Of a DNA stretch of 64,000 nt, positions 63,496 to 64,000 are shown piece by piece. Under the pieces are notes generated by a model that saw only the letters and a list, made by a program, of their open reading frames with translations, ran no database searches and was not told the DNA's origin. The DNA lies in the IMG/VR virus record IMGVR_UViG_3300027763_000032, positions 1-64,000 of that record; one strand, given 5' to 3'. Both the position numbers and the translations under genes were made by a program. Source of the stretch: a virus. How positions within the stretch are numbered: the first letter of the stretch is position 1; each line of letters begins with the position of its first letter.

Positions 63496-64000
63496 ATGGA
63501 TATGAAGAAAATATTACAAGCCTTTGACGGGGCAACTACAAAGAAGCCTGTTCAAGGTGCTAATGATATGAAGAAGTTTGTATCTATTGTTCGAGAAAGT
63601 ACGAATCCTTACACACCTGCACAAGAATCTGTTATTACAAGTTTTGAAGAAGGTTCAGTAGGCGGTGATGCTAATGCATTTTTATTGGCTGCGGATACTA
63701 TTCAAGACGAAGTAATGGCACAGGTCAACAAGATTAAAATCAACGCAGACGAAGCTAGTCTACGTGACATGATGGAAAAGTTTAATGCTTTCATGACTGC
63801 TTACCACAACGTCGGTAAAGGCATTCTACAACCAGACATGTTTAATGACAGCATGGGAGAAAGCGCAGAAGAACAAGTTGATGAAGCAGGTTCATATCGT
63901 CGTCCAGGTAGCTCATCTGCATACGATAGAGATTATGCATCAAGTGTAAGCGGCATGGGCAAGAAGGATTCATTAGCCTATCAACAAGACGGCGGAGCCA
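63496..64000 (+). CDS. probable internal head protein (partial, runs off the window)
   Basis: MDMKKILQAFD...DMKKFVSIVRES; open to 64000; AAGGA RBS. Confidence 0.7.
   Translation, partial: MDMKKILQAFDGATTKKPVQGANDMKKFVSIVRESTNPYTPAQESVITSFEEGSVGGDANAFLLAADTIQDEVMAQVNKIKINADEASLRDMMEKFNAFMTAYHNVGKGILQPDMFNDSMGESAEEQVDEAGSYRRPGSSSAYDRDYASSVSGMGKKDSLAYQQDGGA

Noticed and set aside
1-64000. Stop-codon reassignment, as found in some large phages
   Set aside because: Recognisable genes are full-length under the standard code, and TAA, TGA and TAG all terminate genes at plausible ends.
1-64000. tRNAs, group I introns, inteins, homing endonucleases
   Set aside because: Intergenic gaps are short and show no cloverleaf; ligase, ClpP, ClpA, clamp loader and PhoH are uninterrupted and of normal length.

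Overview
A 64-kb segment of a large T4-like (jumbo-type) dsDNA myophage genome. It is AT-rich, densely coded almost entirely on the + strand, and uses the standard genetic code. The host is probably a Gram-negative proteobacterium (inference from spanins, ClpA, an FdxA-type ferredoxin and consensus sigma70 promoters). Order of blocks: (1) 1-9.1 kb, early genes behind sigma70 promoters (ATP-dependent DNA ligase, metallophosphoesterase, ClpP, 2OG-Fe(II) oxygenase, WYL-like protein, hypotheticals); (2) 9.1-44.9 kb, a late tail/baseplate module with two giant paralogous fibre proteins (3577 and ~4709 aa) interrupted by a queD-uvsE island; (3) 44.9-50 kb, a DnaE fragment, GroES, MazG-like pyrophosphatase, clamp loader, ferredoxin, kinase-nucleotidyltransferase fusion and PhoH; (4) 50-58 kb, a lysis cassette (GH19 endolysin, spanins, membrane proteins), DnaJ and ClpA; (5) 58-64 kb, a late cluster of probable head-internal proteins. 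Late genes are preceded by a T4-late-like (n)TAAATA motif. The most notable observations are: eleven ~150-aa helical repeats in the giant fibres that resemble the phycobiliprotein bilin-binding segment (C-x-R-D); a preQ1-I-riboswitch-like element in the leader of phage queD; a three-enzyme nucleotidyl-transfer cassette (Pol-beta NTase, RNA-ligase-like protein, NMNAT-like HxGH enzyme) among proteins sharing an N-terminal capsid-targeting-like motif; a DnaE fragment that stops just before the catalytic DxD; and inverted repeats over most sigma70 -10 boxes. No tRNA, rRNA, CRISPR array, intron, intein or transposase was recognised. All family assignments come from motif recognition by eye; no searches were run.
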